From the NCBI GenBank assembly GCA_963777955.1, contig CAVZSQ010000017.1, positions 128,001 to 192,000 on the forward strand: DNA of 64,000 nt, given 5' to 3'. Below the pieces are notes generated by a model, which searched no databases, had not been told where the DNA came from, and saw only the letters and a list, made by a program, of their open reading frames with translations. The stretch comes from Calditrichia bacterium (GTDB taxonomy: Bacteria; Calditrichota; Calditrichia; JAJRVZ01). Position 1 is the first letter of the stretch; each line of letters starts with the position of its first letter. Below, piece by piece: positions 32,211 to 45,248 of the stretch. The translations under genes and the position numbers were made by a program.

Positions 32211-32240
32211 TACCTGTTTATCTACCCGTTCGGAGGACAT

Positions 32241-33356
32241 ATGCATCTAACCGTTTCAAGAGACAATCTCTACAAAGCACTACAAAAAATAATCAATGTA
32301 ATTCCCAGTAAAACTACTATCGATATCCTGTATAATGTTCTGATCAGTACCGAAAATAACAAGTTGAAAATGGTCGCTACCGATCTGGAAATAACTCAGA
32401 TTTCCTGGTGTGATTGTAAAGTTGTCAAAAGTGGATCCGTGGTTGTCCCGGGTAAACTGTTAGCCGATATTTTGCGTGAAATGTCCAATACCGATCTGGA
32501 ATTTGTCAAAGAAAATGATGCGAAGATTGTGCTGAGTTCATCCTTTGGCGAATATAAAATATCCGGTCAGGATGTAAATGACTTTCCCAGCACCCCCTCG
32601 CTGGAATCACAGGAAACGGTGAAAATTAAAAAAGAAAATTTCCGCCGGATGATCGAAAAAACTCTGTTTGCCTGTTCGTCCGATAATTTAAGACCGGCTT
32701 TGACCGGAGTTTTCTGCCAGATATTCAATGATCATATCCGCATGGTTGCTACTGACGGCCATCGACTGGTAAAAATTTCCAATAAGGATTTCCATTCAAA
32801 AAATCTGCAGCGCGATATTATCATTCCGACCAGAGCTCTGAATCTGGTGGCCAGAAATTTGAACGATGACGGACAGCAGGAAATCATTATCGGTAAAAAC
32901 CATGTGCAGTTTAAATTCGATGATACCTTTTTGTTCTCGCGAATTATCAGTGAACCTTATCCCGACTATGAACGGGTCATCCCGGACAAGAACAGCAAAG
33001 AAATAATTGTCGATCGTGACACACTGATCGCGGCCGTCAAACGCGTGTCACTCTTCTCCAATCCGATCAGTTACCAGGTGCGTTTGCACTTCGACAAAAA
33101 CAAAATTGATATCAATGCCCAGGATATAGATTTCGGGGGAGAGGCCCATGAAACCCTGGACTGTAAATATAATGCCTCCGAACTGGAAATTGCCTACAAT
33201 GCCAATTATCTGCTGGATGCACTGCGCCATATCGATACCAAAGAGGTGAAATTTGAACTGGAAACATCGGATGGACCAGGCCTGTTGTTCCCGGAGAAAC
33301 AGAGGGAGAAAGAAGAATTGCTGATGCTGGTGATGCCGGTGAGGTTGAGCAGCTAG
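32241..33356 (+). CDS. dnaN: DNA polymerase III beta clamp
   Basis: ATDLE, VATDGHRL, YPDYERVIP, LVMPVR. Confidence 0.97.
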   Translation: MHLTVSRDNLYKALQKIINVIPSKTTIDILYNVLISTENNKLKMVATDLEITQISWCDCKVVKSGSVVVPGKLLADILREMSNTDLEFVKENDAKIVLSSSFGEYKISGQDVNDFPSTPSLESQETVKIKKENFRRMIEKTLFACSSDNLRPALTGVFCQIFNDHIRMVATDGHRLVKISNKDFHSKNLQRDIIIPTRALNLVARNLNDDGQQEIIIGKNHVQFKFDDTFLFSRIISEPYPDYERVIPDKNSKEIIVDRDTLIAAVKRVSLFSNPISYQVRLHFDKNKIDINAQDIDFGGEAHETLDCKYNASELEIAYNANYLLDALRHIDTKEVKFELETSDGPGLLFPEKQREKEELLMLVMPVRLSS

Positions 33357-33359
33357 TAG

Positions 33360-34475
33360 ATGTTCTTGAAGCACCTGAGTTTAAATAATTTTCGCCTTTT
33401 CCCTGCTGTCGAACTTGAATTTGACCAGGATGTTAATGTTTTGTCGGGCATGAACGGACAAGGCAAGACCTCCATTTTGGAAGCCATACATTATTTAGCA
33501 CTAACCAGGAGTTTCAGGGCCAGCGATGACTCTACTGCCATCAGGTTCAGCAATGATTATTTTGACATCAGCGCTCAGTTTTTTTTAAATCCGGCAGAAA
33601 AAAATGACGTAAGAATTTTCTATTCCAATGACCAGGGTAAAAACTACTTTGTCAACCAGAAAAAGGTCGTGACTTTCGCGGAAGTCATCGGCAGGTTCCC
33701 CTGTGTAATATCAACCGGTGATGATTTGAAGTTGATCTTTGGCGCACCGGCTGACCGCCGCAGATTCGTCGATATACTTTTAGCACAGACCAGTTCGCTG
33801 TATCTGCAGAATCTGAAAATATACCGGCGCATCCTGCAGCAGCGTAACGCTCTGTTGAATATGGCCAATCGCCAGACCATCCGCCGGCAAGTGGAGATCT
33901 GGAATAAACAGATCGCCAGTTATGGCACGCAGATAATCAGGCGCCGGCTTGACTTTGTGGATTTCCTGAACCGGAACCTGGGGGATTATTATTCTGGTTT
34001 TACACAACAAACAGAACAGGTACAGGTGATCTATAAAACCGATATACAGACACCGGGTGAAAGCGGTGATCCTGAGACTTTGGAGGATATATATCTGCGC
34101 AGGCTGGAAAAATTATTTGATGCTGAATGCGAAAAAAGGAGTACCCTGACCGGTCCCCACCGCGATGATCTGGAGTTCATTAAAAATGACCGGGCCGCCA
34201 GGCAGTTCTGCTCGCTGGGTGAAAGCAAAATGTTTACCCTTTGTTTGAAATTCTGCGAATGGAAATATTTACAGCAGCACAATGGACAGGAACCCATCAT
34301 GCTGCTGGATGATGTCTTCGGCGAACTGGACAGCGTCAAAGGAAAACGGATCCTGGTTCTGCTGCACGACATGGGCCAGGCGTTTATTACCACCACCGGG
34401 CAGATTGAGTTGCCCGGGAATCCGGCGGTCAAAAACTATGTCTGTAACAACCGGGAAGTGCATGCGTTACAATAA
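33360..34475 (+). CDS. recF: DNA replication/repair protein RecF
   Basis: GMNGQGKTSILEAI, RRRFVD, GPHRDDL, LLDDVFGELD. Confidence 0.95.
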   Translation: MFLKHLSLNNFRLFPAVELEFDQDVNVLSGMNGQGKTSILEAIHYLALTRSFRASDDSTAIRFSNDYFDISAQFFLNPAEKNDVRIFYSNDQGKNYFVNQKKVVTFAEVIGRFPCVISTGDDLKLIFGAPADRRRFVDILLAQTSSLYLQNLKIYRRILQQRNALLNMANRQTIRRQVEIWNKQIASYGTQIIRRRLDFVDFLNRNLGDYYSGFTQQTEQVQVIYKTDIQTPGESGDPETLEDIYLRRLEKLFDAECEKRSTLTGPHRDDLEFIKNDRAARQFCSLGESKMFTLCLKFCEWKYLQQHNGQEPIMLLDDVFGELDSVKGKRILVLLHDMGQAFITTTGQIELPGNPAVKNYVCNNREVHALQ

Positions 34476-34755
34476 AGATTTTATAGCTTTGAACAGTATT
34501 TTAAAAAATGTGCTGAGCAAACATGCTTTAAATGATCTCAGCATCGATGAGCGGTTATTCCATAACTGGCGGGAAATCGTGGGCCGGGAACTGGCGGAAT
34601 ATTTTATACCCAAATATCTGCAGGGCGGAATCCTTTACCTGCAGATACTAAAAACGGCAGGCAACAAGGAGCTGAAGTCGAAACAGAAGAATTTACTGCA
34701 CCTGCTAAATTCCGGCCAGGATCATCAGCCGGTCAAAGAGGTGAAATTTATTTAG
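34462..34755 (+). CDS. dciA: DUF721/DciA-family protein
   Basis: MRYNKDF..WREIVG..GILYL; conserved position between recF and gyrB. Confidence 0.7.
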   Translation: MRYNKDFIALNSILKNVLSKHALNDLSIDERLFHNWREIVGRELAEYFIPKYLQGGILYLQILKTAGNKELKSKQKNLLHLLNSGQDHQPVKEVKFI

Positions 34756-34764
34756 AGGGAGTAA

Positions 34765-36688
<1,924 letters not shown>

Positions 36689-36704
36689 CCTGCTAAGGAA
36701 TGTT

Positions 36705-39141
36705 ATGGCTACTGGTGAAAAAATTATACCGACCATGATCGAAGATGAGATGCGGAATTCGTATCTCGATTATTCCATGTCGGTCATCGTATCGCGGGCT
36801 TTGCCTGATGTGCGTGATGGGCTGAAACCGGTCCACCGCCGTATTTTATATGCTATGCGCGAGTTGGGCCTGGCCTACAACCGTCCGTATAAAAAAAGCG
36901 CCAGGATTGTCGGCGAGGTGCTGGGCAAATATCACCCTCATGGCGACACGGCGGTATATGATGCCATTGTACGCATGACCCAGGATTTTTCACTGCGTAA
37001 TCCGCTGATTGACGGCCAGGGAAATTTTGGTTCTGTGGACGGGGATTCCCCGGCGGCCATGCGCTACACCGAGATACGTCTGGCCCGGATCGCCGAAGAG
37101 ATGCTGCGCGACCTGGACAAGAATACAGTAAATTTTACGCCTAATTTTGATGATACCCTGAAAGAACCGTCCATACTTCCGGCCGCCCTGCCGAATATCC
37201 TGATCAACGGCTCGTCCGGAATTGCCGTCGGTATGGCCACCAATATACCCCCGCACAATTTAGCCGAAGTGGTGGATGGTATTCATGCGCTGATCGATCA
37301 GCCCGATCTGGAGGTCGCGAAATTATTAAAGTATATCAAAGGTCCCGACTTCCCTACCGGCGGAATTATTTTTGGTTATGAAGGGATAAAAGAAGCACTG
37401 CAGACCGGCCGCGGGCGCGTAATCGTCCGGGCGCGGGCCAATGTGGAAGTGACCCGCAACGGGCGTGAGAATATTATTATTACCGAAATACCGTACCAGG
37501 TCAACAAGGCCAATTTAATCGAAAAAATTGCCGAGCTGGTACAGGCAAAAAAAGTGGAAGGCATTTCGGATATCCGGGATGAATCGGACCGCGACGGTAT
37601 GCGGATTGTCATCGAGTTGAAGCGCGATGTCGATGCCAAGGCCGTGTTGAATTTTCTCTATAAGCACAGCCAGATGCAGGATACCTTCGGCATTATTATG
37701 CTGGCCCTGGTCAAAGGGCAACCGAAGGTATTAAATCTGAAAGAGATATTACAGAGTTATATCGATCATCGTCATGAAGTGGTGGTGCGCCGGACCAAAT
37801 TTGACCTGGATGAAGCGGAAAAACGCGCCCATATTTTAGAGGGACTTAAAATTGCACTGGACAATATCGATGAGATTATCGAGCTGATCAAGAAATCCAA
37901 GGATGTGGAAACAGCACAGCGCAATTTGATGAATAAATTCAAATTGTCCGAACTTCAGGCCAGGGCCATCCTGGAGATGCGCCTGCAGCGACTGACCGGT
38001 CTGGAACGGAAGAAGATCGAAGAAGAGTATCGTGAAGTTCTGAAATTGATTGAAAAGCTGAAAGCGATTCTGGCTAACCGCGGATTACGCATGCAGATCA
38101 TCAAGGATGAACTGAGCGAGATGAAAGAACGCTATGGGGACGAGCGTAAAACTGAAATTATCCGTGATTACCAGGACCTGACGGTCGAAGACATGATCGC
38201 CGAAGAGGATATGGTCATCACCATATCGCACCGCGGCAGTATCAAGAGGTTCCCGGTCAGCGGATACCGCCGGCAAAATCGCGGCGGTAAAGGATCCACC
38301 GGTGCCACCACCCGCGAGGAAGATTTTATCGAGCACATGTTTATCGCCAGCACGCATAATTATATTTTGTTCTTTACCGACAAGGGTCGCTGCTACTGGT
38401 TAAAGGTTCATGAAATTCCCCAGGCCGGCAAGGCTTCCAAGGGGCGCCCGATTGTGAATCTGATCGATATTGAAAAAGGGGAGAACATCCGGGCTTTTGT
38501 GGCGGTCAAGACTTTCGAAGATGAAGGATTCATTGTCTGCGCCACCAAGAAAGGTATCATTAAGAAGACTGAATTGAGCGCTTTCAGCCGGCCGCGTAAA
38601 GGGGGCATCCTGGCCATTACCATACGTGAAAAAGACGAGTTGATCGAGGCTAAACTTTCCGAAGGTAAAAATGACGTCATCCTGGTAACCCGCAACGGTT
38701 ATTCTATCCGTTTTAACGAACAGGAAGTGCGGGATATGGGCCGGACCGCTAGCCGGGGTCAAAGGGGTGACCCTGCGCAAAGATGATTGCGTCATCGGTA
38801 TGGTGATCGTGAAGAGAGAAGACACCTTGCTGACCGTTACTGAAAAAGGCATGGGCAAACGCAGTGATGTAAGTGATTACCGCAGGCAAAGCAGGGGCGG
38901 TAAAGGTATCATCGTGATGAAAATAAACGTCAAGACCGGTAAAGTGGTGAATGTTTTAAATGTGGTTGACAATGAGGATATCATCCTGATTACGGAAAAA
39001 GGGGTGGTGATGCGGCAGCATATTGCAAAAATTTCCGTAACCGGACGTAATACACAGGGAGTGCATTTAATCAAACTGTCCGGAAACGATAAACTCGGCG
39101 ATGTGGCCAAGATTGTCATGGGCGAAGAAGAGGAAGAATAA
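36705..39141 (+). CDS. gyrA: DNA gyrase subunit A, split by apparent +1 frameshift at ~38750
   Basis: [22 protein letters not shown], GyrA box QNRGGKG; C-terminal blades continue in 38767-39141. Confidence 0.95.
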
Positions 39142-39198
39142 TCCGGGTATATCCGGCCGGATTCATGATCCGTCGATAACTTACTGTCGGGGATAAAA

Positions 39199-39832
39199 AT
39201 GATGGAAAAAATTTCTGCAGCAACCATCAGCCGGTTATCACAGTATTACCGTACCCTGGACCGGCTTATCGAGCAAAAAATTCAGACTGTGTCATCGGAA
39301 GAAATTGCCGAGATCGATGGTGTCACTTCGGCGCAGGTACGCAAAGATCTATCCTTCTTCGGCTCTTTTGGCCGCCGGGGTCTGGGTTATAATACCGCCG
39401 ATCTGAAAAGTAATATCTCCGCCATCCTGGGTCTGGATAAAGTCTGGAATGTGGCCCTGGTCGGCATCGGTAATATCGGACGCGCCCTGGTCGATTACGG
39501 GGAATTCAAAAAACAGGGTTTTATAATAAAATTATTATTCGATAACGATGCCGAAAAAATAGGCAAATATATAAACGAGCTCACTATCCTGCCCTTCAGC
39601 GAAGCGGAAAACCAGTTTAAAATGACGGATATTCAGATTGCCATCGTGGCTGTCCCGGCCCGGGTGGCCCAGGCCGTGGTCAATACACTGGTTCAGTTGA
39701 ATATCAAGGCCATCCTAAATTTCGCCCCGATCAGTCTTAAAGTGCCGCCGGGAGTTCTGGTCAAAAACGAGAATATGTCGATCGAGTCTGGAATCCCTAT
39801 CCTATTATCTTAAAAGTAAGACCAGAAAATAA
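39199..39832 (+). CDS. rex: Redox-sensing transcriptional repressor Rex (C-terminal +1 frameshift)
   Basis: QVRKDLSFFGSFGRRGLGY, GIGNIG, ILNFAP; removing T39787 gives IELESLSYYLKSKTRK*. Confidence 0.93.
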
Positions 39833-39869
39833 AAAAGGCGTACTGTTCAGGAACATCAGTACGCCTTTT
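39833..39869. terminator. Bidirectional intrinsic terminator
   Basis: AAAAGGCGTACTG-N11-CAGTACGCCTTTT between convergent rex and TPR genes. Confidence 0.8.
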
Positions 39870-39894
39870 AGACTGTTAATGCAGATACAATGTA

Positions 39895-40983
39895 CTATTG
39901 ATCCTGTAACTGTTTCGAGCGTTCCATGGCTTTCTCAGCTTCCACCCTTTTGCCCTGGCGGGCCAGCAGGAAAGCCCAGTTTTGCCAGATCGAAGACGAT
40001 TCGGGGAAACGCTGCAAACCTTCTTTCAGCAGGGCTTCGGCTTCAGGATACCTGCCGCGCTGCAGCAGCAGAGCGCTGAGCAGATCATAAGCGTCTTTTA
40101 AATCAGGATCGAGTTGTTGTGCTTTGGAGAAATAAATTATTGCTTCGTCATAGTAGGCATTCTTTTTAGCATCATCATCTTCTACGGCATTGGCCATCTT
40201 GTTTAAAAGCAGACCCAGATTGAAGGGGATGGCTCTTTCTTCCGGATTTTTTTCGATGGCAACTTTATAGGCGGCGATGGCTTCAGGTTTTTTGTCGCCA
40301 AAGTCAAGATTTTGAGCATACAGAGTCCAGGCTTCGACATCATCAGGTTCTATGTCGAGTCCTTTTTTAAAATTGTCAGCTGCTTTCAGGTAATCCTTTT
40401 GCTGATAGTAGTAGTAACCCAGGCCCATCCAGGCGACCAGAGTGTCGGGTGTTATTTTGGCGGCCTCTTCCAGGTACTTTAATTCATTGACCGGATCTTT
40501 CAGGTTTCCATAGGCGATGGCTATAAGCCGGGTAGCCGAAAAATCATTTTTGATTATTTTGGCTTTACTAAAATTTTCGATTACGGCGTTGAGTGATTTC
40601 AGCGCTGGTTCACTCTCGCGGTCTTCAATCTTGATAAAAGCATTATAGGCAGCTACTCCGGCATTATAAAAGTTGCCGAAATAGGTATTTTTCTCCAGTT
40701 CAATTTCATTCTGGAAAGTTTTGGCCAGGTTGAGGGACTTGGCAAAAGAGTCCATCATCTCCTGAACCATTCCTTTTTTACCTTGAATTTTGCCCAGGTA
40801 ATACCATGCTTCAGGATCAGTTGGTCCTGTTTGAGTGGCCTTAATCAAGAGCTCATAAGCCTGGTCATCCCGGCCGGCATTATAGTGAACTATAGCCCCT
40901 TCCACCTCCGGCCGCCGGCAGGAACTAAAAGTAAATGACAGATATAGTGTGATCAATAATCCTGCTAAATAAAATTTTTTCAT
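39895..40983 (-). CDS. Tetratricopeptide-repeat lipoprotein
   Basis: Signal with FSSC lipobox; multiple TPR-like helical pairs (AWYYLG, AWMGLG, FNLG). Confidence 0.85.
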   Translation of the reverse strand: MKKFYLAGLLITLYLSFTFSSCRRPEVEGAIVHYNAGRDDQAYELLIKATQTGPTDPEAWYYLGKIQGKKGMVQEMMDSFAKSLNLAKTFQNEIELEKNTYFGNFYNAGVAAYNAFIKIEDRESEPALKSLNAVIENFSKAKIIKNDFSATRLIAIAYGNLKDPVNELKYLEEAAKITPDTLVAWMGLGYYYYQQKDYLKAADNFKKGLDIEPDDVEAWTLYAQNLDFGDKKPEAIAAYKVAIEKNPEERAIPFNLGLLLNKMANAVEDDDAKKNAYYDEAIIYFSKAQQLDPDLKDAYDLLSALLLQRGRYPEAEALLKEGLQRFPESSSIWQNWAFLLARQGKRVEAEKAMERSKQLQDQ

Positions 40984-40999
40984 TTTTACTCCTCTAGTT

Positions 41000-42040
41000 T
41001 TATTTAAATAATTTCTTTATTTCGCCAGCCAGGGGTTGTTTTATAATCCCTTGATCGGTTATAATTCCGGTTAAAAACCGGGCCGGCGTGATATCAAAAG
41101 CCGGATTATATAGCCGTATGAACGGTAATAAGTTATTATTATAATCATAAAATTGCAAAATTTCTTTTCCGTTGCGTTCCTCGATGGGGATCTGTTTTCC
41201 GCCGGCGATGGCCAGGTCAAAAGTGGAAGCCGGAGCCGCAGCATAGCAGGGAATTTTATGAGCCCGGGCCAGGGTGGCCAGCGAATAGGAACCGATTTTA
41301 TTGGCCACATCACCGTTTCTGGCGATGCGATCCGCTCCGAATAAGACCAGGTCCACTTTATGCTGTTGCATTAAAAAACCGGCACAACTATCCACGATCA
41401 GCGTGCAGGGTATTTTGTTATGCAATAGTTCCCAGTAAGTCAAACGGGCACCCTGTCCCAGCGGCCGCGTTTCCGGGACGTAAACATGGATTTTATAGCC
41501 TTTTTCGACAGCCGCGTAGACAACACCCAGGGCAGTGCCCCAGCCGCCGGTGGCCAGACTTCCTGTATTGCAGTGGGTCAGGATGGTACACGGATTGGAA
41601 ACAAGTTGCAGACCATGTTCACCGATCCGCCTGCAAGACCGTTGGTCTTGCAGGTGAATTTCAAGCGCCTCGGCCCGCAGCAGTTTTCTGATATGGGAAA
41701 TATCGTGACCGTCAGGATTATTATAGATTTTCTTCATTCGATCGAGGGCATACCTGAGATTCACCGCAGTCGGACGGGTGGCCAGCAGTTGCCGGTAATT
41801 ATCATCCAGCTGTTTTTTAAACAGGTCATATCGAGCGGCTGTAACGGTTTTAGCAGCCAGGTACATACTATAGGCAGCCACAATACCCAGAGCCGGCGCA
41901 CCGCGTATTTTCAGTTTATTGATCGCCGTACAGGTTTGGTGAATGGAATTCAGTTTAATATATTCCAGACGGCGGGGCAAGCGGGTCTGATCGATGATGC
42001 TCAGTTTTTCTCTGGCGAACACAATGGCCGGGGTGTACAT
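41000..42040 (-). CDS. mtnA: S-methyl-5-thioribose-1-phosphate isomerase
   Basis: IRGAPALG, TRPTAVNL, LTHCNTGSLA, ETRP, GADRI..NKIGSY. Confidence 0.93.
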   Translation of the reverse strand: MYTPAIVFAREKLSIIDQTRLPRRLEYIKLNSIHQTCTAINKLKIRGAPALGIVAAYSMYLAAKTVTAARYDLFKKQLDDNYRQLLATRPTAVNLRYALDRMKKIYNNPDGHDISHIRKLLRAEALEIHLQDQRSCRRIGEHGLQLVSNPCTILTHCNTGSLATGGWGTALGVVYAAVEKGYKIHVYVPETRPLGQGARLTYWELLHNKIPCTLIVDSCAGFLMQQHKVDLVLFGADRIARNGDVANKIGSYSLATLARAHKIPCYAAAPASTFDLAIAGGKQIPIEERNGKEILQFYDYNNNLLPFIRLYNPAFDITPARFLTGIITDQGIIKQPLAGEIKKLFK

Positions 42041-42163
42041 AATTTCCTGAATTGTATTTTGAAATTATTAATACTTTAATATAATCAGAAAAAAAATTAA
42101 TTTAAAGCCTGACTGGTAATAATAACTACAGGATACTATTGCAGGAAAATCTAAAGAGGCGAG

Positions 42164-42961
42164 ATGAATAAAAAATTAATTCTTCTGTTAATTGTGATTT
42201 TTTACCGGCCGGCGGAGGCACAGCTGGACACCCTGGGTTTTTTTCAGAAAGTCCGGACACTCTATTATACGGTCGAATCATCCGGGCTGCAGAATTTTTC
42301 CATGTGGATCACCTCGGATTATTACCGCAGTAATACAGACAGCACCATCACGGCTCATGGCTACCCGTTGGAATTTATCTGGATGCGGCCCGACAGGATC
42401 TCCTTTATCAAAGGAGCCCTGAACAGACCGCCGGGAGCGGATTCCACGCAGGTCCTGCAGGTCGCGAAACTGCAACTGGATATGTACCACGAATTGAAGG
42501 GACTGTTTTACGACTGGTTGAGATTCTACGGCAGCGGAATCCTGGCCGATCTGCCGGCTCAATACGAGTTAGCGCTACAGCAGGATACCATTTTTATCAA
42601 ATATGAAACACAGGAACAGGGGCAGAAAATGCGGGTTTGCCTGTATTTTGGACAGAATGCCCTGTGTTTTAAACTGCACCTGGCCTATCTCGATTCGGGG
42701 CAGGAGATATACATCTATCCGGCTTTTACTTACCTGGGCAATAAATGGTTATGTTCAGGCTGGCAGGTGCAGCTTCTTGAAAAAGCGGAAGTGCAAAGCG
42801 GATTTAACGTCCAGATTTTTTCCGAAAAACTGGACAACTACTGGTTACCCAAAAAGATCACTATGCAACTGCAGACGAAACAGAGTGAGGCGGTGGTATA
42901 TACACGTGAATATTATATTGCCAACATAATGGTCAATCGCCCGATCGAAATGGTGGACTGA
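42164..42961 (+). CDS. Exported hypothetical protein (beta-rich)
   Basis: N-terminal signal peptide; 265-aa ORF with GAGG SD. Confidence 0.65.
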   Translation: MNKKLILLLIVIFYRPAEAQLDTLGFFQKVRTLYYTVESSGLQNFSMWITSDYYRSNTDSTITAHGYPLEFIWMRPDRISFIKGALNRPPGADSTQVLQVAKLQLDMYHELKGLFYDWLRFYGSGILADLPAQYELALQQDTIFIKYETQEQGQKMRVCLYFGQNALCFKLHLAYLDSGQEIYIYPAFTYLGNKWLCSGWQVQLLEKAEVQSGFNVQIFSEKLDNYWLPKKITMQLQTKQSEAVVYTREYYIANIMVNRPIEMVD

Positions 42962-42965
42962 GCGG

Positions 42966-43217
42966 TCAGGCCGACTGAATAATTTTTTTTAAATCGGCGA
43001 GTAATTTATCGGGAATTTTCTTTTCGCGGGCTTTTGCTTTCAGGAGCTCGCGTAATTTTTTTTCAAATTCTATTTTTTTATCACAGGGCAGACAATAATC
43101 GAGGTGCTGTTCCAGTAACACCAGATCGCTTTTGTCCAGCTCACCGTCAAGGTAGGAATGGAATTTCTTTTCGATGTCATTACAATTAAATTTAGTTTTC
43201 GGTTTAGGCTTGCGCAT
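42966..43217 (-). CDS. Zinc-binding anti-sigma factor (ZAS, RsrA/RshA-like)
   Basis: YLDGEL..HLDYCLPC (HxxxCxxC); soluble; downstream of an ECF sigma. Confidence 0.88.
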   Translation of the reverse strand: MRKPKPKTKFNCNDIEKKFHSYLDGELDKSDLVLLEQHLDYCLPCDKKIEFEKKLRELLKAKAREKKIPDKLLADLKKIIQSA

Positions 43218-43333
43218 GGTCTGATCCTGCCGGTGAATAATTATTTTTGCATTGAAATTAAGTTAATATAATAAACATAATATACTTGTGAAATATTCCA
43301 CGTAGTTGCATAAATTTTTTGCCTTTTTCCTGG

Positions 43334-43912
43334 CTAGTGTTCTCTTTCTTCCGGAACAATATAACCTTTTTTCTGAGCATAATTCCATAGTTGCTGCTGC
43401 AATAATTTCCGGCCGCGGAATAATCGCGACATGACCGTACCTAAAGGCGCACCGATAATGCTGGCTATTTCGTTATAGGAAAATCCTTCCACGTCGCAGA
43501 GCAGCACCACCAGACGGAATTGATAGGGTAAATTTTCCAGGGCGGACTTGACGTCGTCTTCAAAAAAATTCTCCAGAAAATCTTCCTTGGCCATTTCCTG
43601 TAAATGGACGCTGTCATCCAGTTTTTTATATAAATAAAATTCTTCCAGATCATCATAACTGACTTTTTGAGGTTGCCGGACGGCCTTGCGATAAGCGGTT
43701 ATATAGGTATTGACCAGAATACGAAATACCCAGGCGCGGAAATTGGTGTTTTTCTGATATTGATCCAGGGCGCGAAATGCCTTGTACAGGGAATCCTGCA
43801 CCAGATCCTCGGCATCATGCTGATTGTGGGTCATGCGCAGGGCGGTACTGTAAAGGGAATTAAGATGCGGTCTGACTAAACTTTCGAATTCTTGCTGTTT
43901 CTTCGTCGACAA
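43334..43912 (-). CDS. ECF sigma factor (SigR/SigH-like)
   Basis: DAEDLVQD, TNFRAWVFRIL, DVEGFSY.EIA..GTVMSRLFRGR. Confidence 0.9.
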   Translation of the reverse strand: MSTKKQQEFESLVRPHLNSLYSTALRMTHNQHDAEDLVQDSLYKAFRALDQYQKNTNFRAWVFRILVNTYITAYRKAVRQPQKVSYDDLEEFYLYKKLDDSVHLQEMAKEDFLENFFEDDVKSALENLPYQFRLVVLLCDVEGFSYNEIASIIGAPLGTVMSRLFRGRKLLQQQLWNYAQKKGYIVPEEREH

Positions 43913-43933
43913 ATTATTCTCCTGCGCTGTACC

Positions 43934-43961
43934 ATTATAAGATAAGAATATTTCCGTTCAA
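43934..43961 (-). promoter_or_regulatory. Putative sigma70 promoter of the ECF sigma gene
   Basis: Minus strand TTGAAC-N16-TATAAT; AGGAG SD downstream. Confidence 0.45.
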
Positions 43962-43965
43962 TAAC

Positions 43966-45210
43966 TTACAAATTTTCTGCTGCGGAGCGGACATTTTCAA
44001 AACTGATTCTGAAAGTTGTTCCTTCCCCTAAACGAGTTTCCTTGATAAAAAGTTTCCCTTTATGATAATCTTCGATGATCCTTTTGGCTAAACTTAAGCC
44101 CAATCCCCAGCCGCGGGTCTTGGTGCTGAATCCGGGTTTAAACACATTCTGCTTATCGCGCGGATTGATCCCCTTGCCATTGTCTTTGACGTCGATATAA
44201 ACAAAGCGGCGGTCGGCAGACTGCCTGAGCGAGAGAATGATTTCACCATTCTGGCCTTCAATGGCATCCAGGGCATTCTTGATTAAATTTTCGATGACCC
44301 ATTCGAACAATTCACTATTTATGCTGATGGAAGCTTCGTATGTAAAATCTTCCCTGATGAATACTTTTTTATTCAGTTTGGGCAGACGCTTGCGGTAATA
44401 GATCACGGCATTACGCAGAATCGGTACGATGGGCCGCAATTTTACAGCGGGCCTGGAACCAATCTGCGAAAAACGGGAGGCAATTTTGGTAAGCCGCTTG
44501 GTATCAACTTCAATTTCCGGCAAGATCTGCTCTAATTTTTCCGGTTCTTCCTTGAGAATTTCTATCCAGCCATTGAGCGAAGATATGGGGGTGCCCAGTT
44601 GATGGGCAGTCTCCTTGGACATACCGACCCAGATATTGCGCTGTTCGCTTCTCTTGATCTGTGAAAAGCCGATGTAACCGATCAGCACGAAAAGCATAAA
44701 AGCGATAATTTCAATATATGGCAACCAGCGCAGTTTTTCGATTACCGGTGAAACGCCATAGTGGTAATAACCAAGTTTGAGGCCCTGATAGGTGATGGAA
44801 ATGGGCTGGTTTTCACGATCCATGTTTTTTACCCTGGCGGATAAAATTTCGATAGCCGGCGGGGTCAGAATACGCAGGGTATCCAGAGCGGAGCCCAGGT
44901 TTTTGCAAAATTGCGGTACCATCAGCGTATCGGTGTAGATGATGGGGTAGTCTGTTCCCTGAATTACCTCGGTAAAGAAAAATCCGAAATCCTGGTCAGT
45001 AGACGGACTGTTGATATTCTCCTCAAAAATGCGGATCCGGAAGCGCAGGTATTCGCGCGACTTTTCCTCGAGTATATTGACCAGGTGCTGGGTATAAAGC
45101 AGGAAAACGCCGATCAGGATCAGACCGAAGATGAATAAAAATCCTTTAAAACTTCCCTTCTGCCGGTACAGCTCTTTGTTATTTGATTTTTCCATATTTG
45201 TTACCATCAC
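43966..45210 (-). CDS. Sensor histidine kinase (no cognate regulator in window)
   Basis: Two TM helices, ETAHQLGTP H-box, NLIKNA N-box, DNGKG, GWGLGL. Confidence 0.92.
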   Translation of the reverse strand: MMVTNMEKSNNKELYRQKGSFKGFLFIFGLILIGVFLLYTQHLVNILEEKSREYLRFRIRIFEENINSPSTDQDFGFFFTEVIQGTDYPIIYTDTLMVPQFCKNLGSALDTLRILTPPAIEILSARVKNMDRENQPISITYQGLKLGYYHYGVSPVIEKLRWLPYIEIIAFMLFVLIGYIGFSQIKRSEQRNIWVGMSKETAHQLGTPISSLNGWIEILKEEPEKLEQILPEIEVDTKRLTKIASRFSQIGSRPAVKLRPIVPILRNAVIYYRKRLPKLNKKVFIREDFTYEASISINSELFEWVIENLIKNALDAIEGQNGEIILSLRQSADRRFVYIDVKDNGKGINPRDKQNVFKPGFSTKTRGWGLGLSLAKRIIEDYHKGKLFIKETRLGEGTTFRISFENVRSAAENL

Positions 45211-45248
45211 AATCGGGATTACCTGTAAGCGCTTTGGGACAAAGATAG

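Noticed and set aside
34282..34461. N-terminal extension of the DciA-like ORF
   Set aside because: Overlaps recF out of frame with implausible composition; ATG 34462 is the likelier start
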